DNA of 64,000 bases, from assembly GCA_036172245.1 (NCBI GenBank), contig JAYWIR010000005.1, forward strand, positions 5,146,001-5,210,000. The letters run 5' to 3'. The notes beneath the pieces are model-generated. The model made no database searches. It was not told where the DNA came from and worked only from the letters and a program-made list of their open reading frames with translations. Made by a program: the position numbers and the translations under genes. This DNA is from Raillietiella orientalis. Lineage: Eukaryota. Below, one piece after another: positions 1 through 13,699 of the stretch. Numbering within the stretch: position 1 is the first letter of the stretch; each line of letters opens with the position of its first letter.

Positions 1-1723
1 TATTCAGGTGAACACAATTGTATGACCACTCCAAGGAGTGCTGCACATATTTGGAAGCTTGTTCACAGCCTGTGATCAAGGAATGGAACACAATGCACCA
101 ACTGTTCATAACCCATTTCATATATGTACATGGGCCAAACCAAGGTTCCTAGAGCAGTCTGAATCTGTGTGGACTGACACAGTTGGCATGGCAGTCTTCA
201 CTTGGTGACATATGTTTATAGTTTTTGTTGCATGTTTCACCAAAACAGCAATGGTTTAGTCATTCATTTCCATGTCCCAAAGAAATGCATTTAACTTCAA
301 ATATTATTTGCCCTAAACATTGCCAAACCAGTATGTTAAAGCTAACCACATTCAAACAGAAAGAACTTCAAGCAAGCAAAACTTGAGCACCTCTCTTAAC
401 AAGAGGCTTTATTTTTACAAGGGTGAGATCACAAATTTTTAACCCAGTGCAAAGTAGATTGAAGACTACTAAGTTACTTAAAATGCGTACCTTTGTAATG
501 ATTAGTCTGGTTGCCAAGTAACAAATATACAGTCTAGTGAACGATTTCACTGTAATGCTTATAATTTCCTATTTGCATTCATGTCAGCTATGAAAAACGC
601 ATTTTGGGAAAACAAACCTAACAACTCTTCATGCAAGAGATACACATAGTGTATACAACACTAATTATTTATGATTTCATATAGCAAGATTTTTTCTTTT
701 TCTGCCATTAGTTCATTGCTTTGTGAACTTTTACTTCTTGGAATGTTTAATGGTGACACCTCTTTGCATGACAGAATGAAAAAGTTTTAATGTCTTGTGA
801 TAATCAAGTGTACAGATGCATCTTAATGGCAGCACAACTCAAAACTACTTCCCAAAATAAAGAAAAGTTGTTACCAAAAAAACATTTTAAACTAAAAAAT
901 TACTAAAAAGCATTAAGGTTTTACTCATAAAAATCAGTTTAGACAGCACCCAATCAGTTACATTAAGAAAATCTAAATTGATTTTGCATCTCTGAAAACT
1001 ATTCATTAAAATGCACAAAAGTTTGCTTAATTGACAAACATTGCACTTCATGACTTCTCCAAGAAAACATTTTCCTTTTTATTTTGATGTTCTTAGCATG
1101 TTGCAGGAAATGTGGTAATTTCTATGATAAATAGGAATTAAATCTGTTTTGCACCATTAGCACAAGAGCCAGTTTTGTGCATCAGGAAATCAATCTGTTA
1201 ATTGGTTTTCTTTTTTCCTCACACGAGATCTTACTCACTGAGGCTTACAGGAGAACATGTTTTACTCATCTTCATTTCTAGTATGTATGCATGCACTAAC
1301 AATTAATTTTGATAGCCATCACTGCAATCAGTACTAAATGAAGTACAGAATTGCTGCCGAATTCCGAGAACGAAACTGCATATCTGAAAAACTAGGGAGG
1401 TTTATTCTCTCTGATCACATATACCGCGAAAGATTCTGTTGCAAAATCCATACAAAGTACTTAAGCAAATAAATCTTAAAAGTGTATCGTGTGAAAACTA
1501 GTCCCAATTCTTTTACACTCAACTCCTAGGATAATATTAATGCTCATAATGTAACGTTTTTAAAAACTGTCATCTACAGTGTTCCATTTTTTTCAAAGAA
1601 TAAAAAATAGTTATTAAGGATAAGGGAAATTCCGTGAGTACAACTCAAACACTTGTATAGCTAAAATATAGTTATGTATTTACTGTATTTCCAAATCTAA
1701 TTTTTGTAATCATAAATAATCCA

Positions 1724-1729
1724 TTTATT
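1724..1729 (-). terminator. Putative polyadenylation signal (AATAAA) of HDAC6
   Basis: TTTATT on the + strand, about 140 nt downstream of the inferred HDAC6 stop at 1870. Confidence 0.45.
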
Positions 1730-1869
1730 ACAAAACAATTAACTGTCATTAAGATAACTCGTCCTTCACCTCAATGATATTCTCATAGATTATTTAAAAT
1801 TTTGGTAGAACTATCCTTTTCAACACATGGATTTTGTTGGTACTTAAGTGTATACATTACTCTCTATAG

Positions 1870-4800
1870 TTATCCACTTTCAATTATAGTTCTCTCCACT
1901 GCACTAGTTATCTGGAAAGGAAATTACCAATTTTATACGGAAGGCTTTCAACTAACCTTATTATGAACATAATTCTCACATAAATAACACCAAACTGAGA
2001 GATCTGAATAACTTAATGTAATGCAATGACCCGTAGTTGCATAATGTTGTAGCATATGCCCATGTACATAACGACTACAACATACAGTGTAACAACTTAA
2101 ACACAACCAATTTTCACTTGCTGATCCACATAATGAACAAATATCATGTCTATTTATTTGAATATTCGGAATAGTCTGGACTTGTTCCAAATGAGGACAC
2201 CATGGCAGTGGTACAACAACATGCAAGGCTTCACACAAATCTTCTATTTTATATGCCAACTATTAAAAAAATTAACAGCAAATTCACTATGCTCACCTGA
2301 TACTTTCTCTTGCATAACATTTGCATCATGACCCATTTTAAGCATGCTAAAATCACTGCTCAATTCCATTTCTCCACCATAATCTTCCTGTGAAGGTAAA
2401 GACTCATAGAGTCCAAGAGCACATTTTTCTTCAGGAAGAAGAACTTGGAAGGCAAGAGAATTCCAAAAATTTTTTTGCACAGAAATCACTTGTTGTATAG
2501 AATGTGCAGCTGATTCAGATAATCGACTACATGCACTGAGCATACAGCATGGATCACCAAGTAGTACTTTGGTACACAAAGTTAACGCTAAAGCTGTTGA
2601 TGTTAGATTGTACCCTCCTTCCAAGGCCAAAATTATTCGTGAATTTGCTAAAGAAGCTATTAAGTGAGTAAAATGTGCAAAGGCTTCAGGAGTAACTTTG
2701 CATCCTCCAAGAGGATCACCTTGTGCAGCATCAAAGCCTGCACAAACTAATATAAGTTCAGGATTATACTGATAACTGATTGGCAAAATGACATGAAAGA
2801 AGGCTGCCAAATAATCTGCATCACCCATATTACGCTACAGATAAAAAGAATCCATAGTGAATGCACAATGAATAATTAGAACAATAAAGTAAGCAAAAAT
2901 AAATTTACAATGATTTTGATTTAGCAAACACGTGCCTTGTTCCAAGGAATATTAACAGTAAATCCTTTTCCAGCTCCTGTACCTATAAACTCATGACTAG
3001 CATCTTCACTAAAAGGGAAAAAACGTCCATGATCATAACGATGAATTGATATATACAAAACATGAGGATCATCTTGAAATATATGTTGAATTCCATTGCC
3101 ATGATGAATATCCCAGTCTAATATTAAAATCCTACTCAATATTAAAATAAAGAACAGATCCAAATAAAATCAATGCCATACCTTTGCAAGTGATATACCT
3201 TGAGTGCATACTTGGCAGCAATAGCCACGTTATTGAAAATACAAAATCCACAGGGTTTATCTACTTCAGCATGATGTCCGGGAGGTCGAATAACTGCTAC
3301 ACCACTTCGTGAATGACCACTCAACACATGGTCTACCGTTTGCAACAAACCACCAACTGCCACTGCAGCACAGAATCCAGTTTGGGGACACAAATACACA
3401 GACTGATATTGTTTTTCCAAATCAGCCAAACTCTCAACTGGAATTGTTGATAATTTATCAATCTCATTAAGCAAAGATTCCGAGTGTGCCAACAAAATCT
3501 CAGTTTTGGAAGCTACTCTGGGACTCAGCAGTTCACATCTACTTTTGATTTTATATGTGTCAAAAAAAGTTTGTATGGCAGAAAGTCTTTCTGGTCTTTC
3601 CGGATGATTTCTGAAAAATTATTGTCATCATTAGAGTTTCCAATTATACTCACGCGGAAGTAAGACTGGAGTGTTTCATCAAAGACTCGTCAAAATACAA
3701 ACAAACTCGAGTAGATGGGACTGACAAATCAGTATCTAACAAAACACAATAAACTTTCATTAGGGAGGCTTACTACCATTTATGATCCTGGTTAAACAAG
3801 CTGCCAGCTTTTGATTTAATTCATCAGAATGAACAGGATAATAATCTCTAGTGGGAAATTTATTACGAGGCAAATCCTTGGGAGGGCAAAATTTAATGCT
3901 AGGGTAATGATAAGGTAGATCTTGTAGTTGCAGAGAAGAAAGACATTTATGGAGATTCAAACACTGCCAATACGAAAGATGACTATATACTGCATTCAAA
4001 ATGCTTTCCTGAATACTATTTCCAAAATAGTTTGAGTCTACCGTGCTGTAAATACCTTTTTGAAGGTGGTGGCAATTGTCCTAATGGGACACAAGGATCA
4101 CCAAGCAGTGCACGCAAGCTGAGAGCAGCACTTTCTTTTAATGATTGCAGCAAATAACCTCCCTACCAGCAATCATTACATTCATGGCATCATACTTACC
4201 TCTAGTATCAAAGCAACATGACCCTTGGCCAATGGCATGAGCAATGTTGTGAAATGAGCAAAGCAAATAGGTGTGACACACATATCTCCCTGTGACAAAA
4301 GATAGCCATAAATAATGCTAAATTACATTACAAAAATCACATGCACGTGACATTGCTTCTATACTTCTTTACAAAAAAGTCAATAATGAAACAAACACTA
4401 TTTGCAACTTAATTAAATATCTCAAATGCTTGTGGTATTCAATCTTTTAAGTTTAGATGAAGATCCTGTTTGAAACACTGAACATCATCAACTTACATGA
4501 GGGAATTATTTTTTTCTGTTAGACACTCTCAATAAGAGTGATACAAACAAACTGTTACTTTAATGAAAAGGGTCTTAATGTATTAATATACATTTGTAAA
4601 TATGAACACAATGGGGAACATTCATTCTTCTTTCTGGAATCTCAACTGAAAACTTTCTCTCCACCTTTTGAAGACAATTAGCAGTTGTTTCATGCTTTAT
4701 TTCTTCACTTGATACATTTGTTACATCTGAAAAGTTGTACACTGTATTTAAGATAATAAATAACATTATCTTGAGTAAATATCTTTTCTTCAATCTTTGG

Positions 4801-7800
4801 TGTTCTGGATTTTGAAGTGCAGGATCTTCCATTAAATGTTCAACAATTTACCAAATGTACAATTTCAAAAATCAAATTTTTTTTTAATATATTCTTATTA
4901 GTTTCATTTCACATGCATGCAACCATAATATGTAACAACAAGGTCAAACACTCAAACATTTAAGAAGATTTACCTTTCATATTTAATTGCTAACTATAGT
5001 TGAAATACTTATGGGCCACTTGCTTAAACAAAACATATGGCATTGTACATGGAACTGTGCATTCATGAGTGCCTTTTCCCAGAGTTCAAAACATATAAAA
5101 GCACTTCATAAAGAATTTAACATTTGGTACTATTAATAAGAAAACCCACAATGGAAATTTTTTGTTAAACTCTTTTTGCAAAGAAAAGCTTTTCTAATTC
5201 ACTTGTTTATTATAATTTTAAATCATATTGTATACAGCTTCAGTTGCATTCAACATAAATGTAGTCAACACGCATTTTGCTGTAGATGCTACACACCTTT
5301 GACTCAATCTCTTAAATCTTTATTTTCTTCATGTAAGCAGCAAATTAAATGCTCAATTTAGAATTACAATTTATTTCAGCTGCTAACTGCATAGCACAGT
5401 TGTGAAATACCTTGGATAACTAACGGTTTTTGTATTATTACAGAATGCAGCTACTTATGACAACTAATTTTTCATAATGCAACGTATCTTAACCTCATTT
5501 TCCATGGCATTTTATGCTGGAAGTAGATCTCAATTTCCTGAATTCTCAATTTACTCTTAATTTTTTCATTCTCTATTTTTAATCAACGTGGATTGTACAT
5601 GTTTTTAGACAGAACTCTTTGGAAATTAATTGGACAGAATTAATAGAATGGAATGCAACTAAGCAATATGTTACATATTTCCCATTGTTTTGCATTTGTC
5701 AGAAAATCTACACATTGGAAAAAACAAACTGATTACGAAAAAAACTTCCAATTAATCAAAAAAAAACGGCAAAGCTCAAGTTTAGGCTCAATAACAAAAA
5801 TATGCAAAGAATGAAGGAAATTTTGTAAAAACAATCACAGAGAAAAACTTAAAAGGCTTAATTAAAATAACCAGCTATTTTCACTCCTGTTCTGAATTAA
5901 ATGTCATCCAAAATTCTGATTCATTTTAAAAGCAGCCCACTGAGAGAGAAACTTTATGTTTTAATGAATAGCAAATAATTGTTCCCCACAGAATAAACTT
6001 GAATGAATTATACGCAATTTTTTGTATTACTTTTTAAAACCAATTTTCAACCTTTAAATACAATTTTATGTGAAAAGTATGCTTTATATTCTTGAAATGC
6101 TAGAACTACTTACAATATAAGCTAAACTTAACTGCCATGGCATTAAAAAAATATACACATTGCGAGCATCAAATACACACTAAAGTTGAAAATTCTGTAT
6201 TAAAAACAGTTTAATGTAGCTCATGGAATCTGCACTACAAGTGAAGAATTTTAGTTTCTTAAATTTGAATGTGTGTATATATATGTACACACAAAGAGAG
6301 AGAAGGGAATGGATTTTATTCTTAGAAACACTTTTGCATTGATTGCATGGAAATTTTTCGAAATTCGGGATAAAAATTAAAAATCATGCAATTTAAGGAA
6401 GCACTTTGTATACAGCAAAGATGAATTCTTGAGGGACTTATGAATGATGAAGATATCCTTACTAATATGACAGAAATGCATATGTTAGATTTAGGAGTTA
6501 ATTATGCTTTGGCTGTTAATAATTTCACATATGCTTTACTATTAATTTATGGAATAATATAAAGAGAGACTTCAAGAAGTGTGAATAAGTGGGATATGAT
6601 TTTAATTATAATAAAAAATTTGAATTGGTAATTGCTAGAAAATTTTGTTAATTACATGCCAGAAGTTGTGGTCAAACATAAGAGTTGGATTAATGTTGAT
6701 TCAATGGAAATAAAAGGTATATAAGTGTTATAAATATTTAAGTTATTGTTTACAAAGTAGAATTACTATGGATAACTAGGCAAATTTATCTTCACAAATG
6801 ACACCAAGATTGATTCATTTTGTCCTAACAATTTGTACGCATTTAATTTTTTTAAAAAAACTGAAACATTCGAATTTCAATTAAATTTTAAACACACTCC
6901 ACTTTAAAGCAAATGCAAACATAGTTATGATTACACTTCACTACATAATCTCCACTTGACTAATTTTTGTGTGTAAACTGGTTTTGTGTACATTACAAAA
7001 ATCATACCTCGAAACACCCTAATGCAGCATCATACCCAGCAGACACCAGGATTAAATCAGGCTGAAACTGAAATATAATGGTACTTAGAATTTAATACCA
7101 AAACAGGGCAACACACTTCATAAGCGACAGGCAATAATAATTGATGGAAGATGGCTAAATAATCTTCATTATGGAGATTAAACTGATTTAGTGGGATATT
7201 GAAATTAAAGCCAACACCTGCATCAACTCCCACAAAATCAAAATCTGATTCACGAAGATGGGGCCAAAACTTTGCATGCTCATAACGGTGAATGGAAAAA
7301 TACAACACTCTATAGAATAAACAATAAAAATTAATATAACGAGAATATAATGCTATTCTTCTTTGTATTCAATACCTAGGATCTGAATAAAACATCTGCT
7401 GAGTAGCTTGTCCATGATGGACATCCCAGTCAACAATAAGAATTTTCTTAGCTTTTCCTGAATCAAGTGCAAACTGAGCAGCCAGTGACACATTATTGAA
7501 ATAGCAATAGCCACAAAATTGGTCACGCATAGCATGATGGCCTGGTGGTCTACAAAGAAATGAGTATGAATGAACATATGCTCATCAGGACATACCTCAC
7601 AAGGGCCATTCCATTCTGAATGTCTCCATCTAATATATGTTTTACCAACTTTACACAAGAACCAGCAGCCAGCAGTGCAGATTCCAGGGTTTTCTACAAA
7701 TAAAATAACATGGAATGTAACCTGACTACTGTTTGAAAGAAAGGAATGAAAAGACAGTACAGGAAAGTAGTTAAGACTTTCCTCTAGGAAATCCTATACA

Positions 7801-10800
7801 TAGATTTTGATTTGCCAAAAACCATTTTCCAAGTTCGGAATTCATTTGATACGAAATAAATAACTTAAAAAATAGCTGAGTTCCACACGTAAGCATTATT
7901 CTAATGTACACGGTTGTAATTGATCCCAAGATAAAAATCCTCATAAAAAGAAGTGAAAACTGTTAGGCAGGAATACTGAGGGCAAGCAATACATTTGATG
8001 CCAATGACTGCATGCATTAAAAACTACTTGGTGAAATAAGCATGCTGAATAAGGAAGAGCTGACAAAAGCAGTTTTTAAAATCCCTGATGCAATTTAAAT
8101 ACATAAATATTTTATAACTGTAAAAAGACCAAAATATGAATAAAATGCTCCTGTGTATAGCATTAGCAATTACTGGATATAACGAGCATTGCGAGTCCTC
8201 ACAATACAGAGCAGAAACTTGTACAGTAAATTTCAGCATATAAATAAAAAAATAAAATAAAATGAATGCAAATTATGACATTTACTATTTTTCCAACTAG
8301 TGATTAAATGAATGCAGCTAAATTTGTAAATCACTGATCAGTGAAGTGCTCTGAGGCTTTTAAACACAAATAAAAATATCATTTAAATTTTCATTCTAAA
8401 GAATATTTTTTTGCTATATTTTTTACTGTATTGAAATACTCTTCGTTTCTCGATTCTGAAATTCAAGTTGGAAAACAATGAGAGAATCTAAGGAGCTTTG
8501 ACATTAAAACAAGATGCATGAACTCACATGCATTAACAGAACCCTTCAATGTGGAAGGATCCTCTGAATGAATCAGAACCAAAAATTCAGCTGCAATTCT
8601 AAGGTTTTATGGAAAACAAACTGGTGAAATGAAATGCAGAATAATGCAGCAGAATCATGAATGTAAACCATCTATTGCAAATTGCTATTTTAAAGAAACA
8701 AGGAGAAAACTAAACATTTGCTGAAATCATATTGGCATTTTATTTCTACACCTGAACTGTAATGTCAATGATCTCTTTGTCAATGAAGTTCAACTAATTG
8801 TGCTAAACTGGATTGAAAACTCTCTCCCTTATTTTGCAGTTGTTTAGTTTATTAGTGGTTTGCAATGTATTATTCTCAAACAGTAAAAGCATCCTTCTAT
8901 AAATACATTAACGATCCTAAATTAATTGTTCATCTGTAATTGGTTTTCCAGTGTTGTATTATTAAGAATTTCAGAGCATTAAAGGTGACAATGGAATGGA
9001 ACTTGCTGAGGGCTCAAGAGACTATGCTACCTTGCTTACATTTCATGCATTTCAGATACAAAAAACTGGCATAAAAGTACTGGATACAAAGAGTACAATT
9101 CACAACTAGAATGTAACCAACAATTTCATGGAGGGCAGTGGACTTCACTTAAAAGCATTAATTACATTTAGATCCACCATTTTGGGATCAAAAAGATGTG
9201 ACAGCATGTAATCACGCTTTAAACTCAACAATCGTGAAAAATGAACTTGTGAAATAGACTGAAACTCATACAAGTTCAAAGAGCAAATTATCCAAAACAA
9301 TGATTTACAAGTTTTGTGAAACTCTAACATGGCATTTTAATTGATTAATTAAAATTGGGGTTAACCATAATCAGCTACTTAAGAACAAATGTTAATGAGC
9401 ATAATAATGGCGATCATTCACAGAATACAGAGTTGCTGAAACGGGAATCTCTAGTCTAATACACCACTGTTGGTATATGCAACATAAACGGAAGTCTATA
9501 CAGTAATTCATTCCCTGTCCACATAAACATGCTTCAACTGAATGCTGACTCGGTTACATATAGACAGACCAAATGAACAACAGTGAAATATCTATAAGAA
9601 TTATAATACATATTTAAGCAATTAAGATTAGCACTTAAACATGCAAATAACGCAAAGTCGTCAGTTCTTATCCGTTTTTTTTTTCCCCAAAAAAAAAATC
9701 AAACTTGACACCTTGAAAAGTACGTAATTTATGGGTAAAAAGCAGTTCTTAAAATCCTTGATGCAATAAGTGTAACAATTTCTCGACAAATCCAGAAATA
9801 AGTTTGGAGCTTTTACATAACTTGTGACTATACATCATTTTACAAAATCAACTTTGTTTAATTTTGCAATCACAGCACAAAAGTTTTTTAATGCTGCATA
9901 TAACTGCAAAGGTTGAGAATTGAACGGAAATTCTATTCAGAATGGAAATTTAAGCAAATACAAATGCAGATGGCAATTTTTTAATAAATATTTGGATGCA
10001 TTCTTTCAAAACTTTGTTTTTAACATTGCTAAGAGTCTTTTTTGCTCAGAATTAACAAAAAAATTATGATTTTAATATCAACCTGAAAAGATTTTGAAAC
10101 TTATAACCAGCATGGAGGGAATTAGCACATTATATATACAAATAAAACATGTTGATCAATGAAAAGGTAACAGATAAAGATGAATGGATGAAACTTCGTT
10201 TATAATGATGAAAACTGTATTGGTTCATAAAAACTGTAACTGGTTTCAACAATGCATAGTAAATTAAAAAATATTGCCACAATGATGGAAACTTGAATAT
10301 GAGTACCAAATAAAATTACATTCATTTGTATTCATTTAGCATGCTTCTTCATTGCATGATAATCAGCTTTTTTTTAAAAAAATAGCAAAATGCAATTAAA
10401 CCTGTATTTTATTAGTTAAAGATAGTGGTGTACATCAACCAAATGAACCAAAATCTACCCTGAGATGCCGAAGTTTTTAATTGCAAAGCAGCAGAAATTA
10501 AAGTAATTCAAGTGATTTGACAAACATCAAGTATTTTTGTTATCAAAAATCAAGTTTTATTTGAGTAAAATAATAAAATTAATTTTTCTAGTGATAATTT
10601 AAACACAAATATTTAAGTGATGAATAAAATGATTATTAAACCTAAAATTGAAAATGGTAAATAAAATGAAATCATTATTTAATTGACTCATATCTACTTC
10701 AACTCATGTAATAAAAAAATTCCTAAGTAACCGTAAATTGGTATATAAAAAAATTCCGATGAATTGGATACTAAGTTATTCCATTGAATGTTGAATACTT

Positions 10801-11999
10801 CTATCAATTAAACATCAGATACACCTGGAGAATTATTTAACAAAGTATTTTAGGTCACATCAGTTATTAATGAAAAGTACTTTAAGGATCAAGAAACTAA
10901 TAATTACAGGATGAAAATAAATTGAATCATATTGAGAAGATGCTTCTTCCAATTTTTCTACACTTTCTTCATCAGCACAATTCCTTAAAATCTGTAACAA
11001 ACAAAGAGAATGCATTTTTTCAATCAAACTCTCTGGTGCAGGTTCTGCAGGATATACAATCACTCTCTGAAGAAGACCAAGTTCTTCACACCTGCACACC
11101 AAAACAAATATTAAAACTACATACTACATCTCCAACAGTCTAACCTCTTGAGAATGGATGAGAGCCTATTAGGATTTTCAGGATGGTTTGCATCCCAAAG
11201 GCACTCGTGTTCTAGCATTTTTTCATGTGAAATCAATCCTGTCCCTTGATAAACCACTGATTTCGCAGTTAGATCCTTGAACACACAAAAACATGTCTTG
11301 AAAATATTGAATATACATTGCTACATAACATGCTATGCACAAATTACATACTTTATGTATTCGCTACATTATGAAAATAATTTTGCTACTGCTAAAAATT
11401 TTTGATTAAGTTTATATTTTTTTTTGGAATTATGTTACTAAATTAATGCACTTTGTTAATTGCGCTGATATTTTGTTATATTATGTACACACAACACATA
11501 TAACCGGTATTCTATTAAATAACTTGCACACTTAAAGCAGAACTGTATTGCCCATGTGTGCACATGTAAAGAGATGGTTAAAAATAAAACTTCTGGATTC
11601 ATGAATACATAAAACTCATGAACACTGAAATACGGATACACCATTTGAGGTAAAAATGAAAACTGCTGTTATGTTTGCATTTACAAAAATAATTTAAAAT
11701 GATCCAAGAATGTTTCTTGAAGTCAAGTTTGGACTCATCTTAACTCAATTTTGTTTTACAAGAAAAGATGATCTTTCATGTTGCTCGCAAAAATTAAAGA
11801 TATCCTTCTTTACCTGAGTCAAATCGTACACAGTTTTCTTCTCTTTTTTACATTCGGTGGTTGTTTCACTAGCAAATCTTGGAGAACGCCTCAGTGGCTC
11901 TTTACCACAGAAGCCTGACATTTCAATTGTGTATGCTGTACCTGAACACTCTGAAACATTCTCCTTCTTAGACTCGTTCTTTGCTTCTCCAAAATCCAT
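1870..11999 (-). CDS. HDAC6: Histone deacetylase 6 (two class IIb deacetylase domains plus C-terminal ZnF-UBP), 16 exons, about 1012 aa
   Basis: Exons (minus): 11999-11814, 11275-11145, 11091-10908, 7693-7596, 7549-7376, 7309-7117, 7067-7008, 4289-4200, 4162-4056, 4015-3774, 3735-3654, 3610-3182, 3131-2936, 2834-2297, 2243-1957, 1911-1870; all phases join. CD1 motifs: [35 protein letters not shown]2 motifs: [38 protein letters not shown]. Zn[12 protein letters not shown]...ENWLCLSC...CSRYVHGHM...SVWCYLC. The first two exons and the last exon are the least certain. Confidence 0.95.
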
Positions 12000-13699
12000 T
12001 TCAGTTCTCAAAGTTACTTACATGAAGTAACTGTCAAAACATTAAGTATATACAGATCACTAAAAAACAGTCTTCAGAATTTACCACAAAATGCAACATC
12101 AGATCAACAAAAATTCCCACAAATGCAACATCTCAACATACAATTCACCGGAATGAAGCTTTCAACTATTCGGTAAACTTCAAACTGTTCCGGAAATCCC
12201 ACTCATGAGTGTGCCGTCATACAACCGGCAACGTTTGGGCACCTCACAATCACAACACCTCACAAATCCTAACCGCTGCTGTGACAATTGCACATTTGAG
12301 CAGTCCAAAACACGTGCACGTTAAACAGCACAGAGGAACAAAACATTTACGGTATTGGATTTTGCCTGTTACGAAAACCTCATGCGTGCATTCATTTATT
12401 GCTGATCAACACTGTTGGCCTCACAACAACGGCAAGCAATAATGCAATGGGTACATCACAACCGCTTTCCACTTTGGATACACCAAAAATCTCCATCCCT
12501 ACCTTGCCCGGGAGCTTTACGTTAACACCGGTCGCCTACGCTACTTTTGACAGCATCGTAAGAATAATTCCGGTGATTAAACCCCGGGAATGGAGAACGG
12601 ATTCACCGAGTTGAATTCCTGCAGGATTCTGAAGAGTTTCCGGGTGCCGCTGCTACTTCATCACACCATCCTCTCGCCGCATGCCTCTGAGAATTCCCAG
12701 CGCAGCCTTCATCAACCAACTGCGGCCTCCAGGGCAACCCTGCCAGCCGAACTTGCCGTGTTCTGCCCTCGTACACGGTCGGGGGGTTCCTGGTGTCGGA
12801 GCAGCACCAGAAACACATTGGCGGGGATGGACCCAAGAGCACCAGGGATTCCTTCTTCCTTTCTTTCCTTTCTTTCGAAACTTTGCGGACTTGCAGCAAC
12901 CGCCAAACTGTCGTGTGTGTTCCTAAGACAAGGGAGACAAACTGTGTACAACACTTTCCTCATTGGAAGGCAGCAATCAGCTTTCCGTTTGTTAAGCATG
13001 GATTGATGGATCCGACCCGCATATATCTGAGACCGATAATTAGAAAGAACGCATGAGCAACTCTTTCACAATGTCCACTCTTCAATCTGTCTATCTACCC
13101 GTTCGTGATCGTGTGTGTCCCGACACGGAGCTTTGAAAGTGAAAATGCTTGCTTGTGACTGTTTGTAACTCTTATATTGCTTGGCTGGAAGAGTGCATGA
13201 TCGGAGCTGGAACACCAGGTTCCTGCTTTCCTCTCTTACAACCAATACCGACACGAACACGGAGGGAGGATCACCCACACCAAGGCGACAGACACGGCTC
13301 TGCCGAGGCAGAAAACGCCTCTGCCGGCGTTCAACCACTTCACAAAAGGCATGCACTTCCAGGAATTATGGAACTGAAGATCCGACGTGATGACTGAAGG
13401 GGAAAAGAGACCTGCATTCCCAAAAAATAGCATGTCGGAGTCAATAAATAAATTTTTGATTTTGTGCAAACACGTTACGTGCCATCTCACATAGAGGTCT
13501 GGGTTGCACGGTGGAATACTCAGCCACTTTCTTTCATGTGTGTTTTCTTAAGATTAGATGCAGGAAGTCGCTTCTTGTCGTCTACTAAAAAATTGTTAGC
13601 TTCAGTAGAACTACATAATTTCCTAGTAACTAATAAATCATACGATGGATAAAAAGAATTCTAATTTATGAACGTTCATGGCTTTGGAGGAAACGAAAA

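Noticed and set aside
4575..4832. 85-aa same-strand ORF in an HDAC6 intron as a possible alternative exon
   Set aside because: It would interrupt the contiguous CD1 motif GCFE-GDM and has no recognisable homology.
12590..13400. Cluster of overlapping ORFs upstream of HDAC6
   Set aside because: No recognisable domains; overlapping open frames are expected in a GC-richer promoter-proximal stretch.
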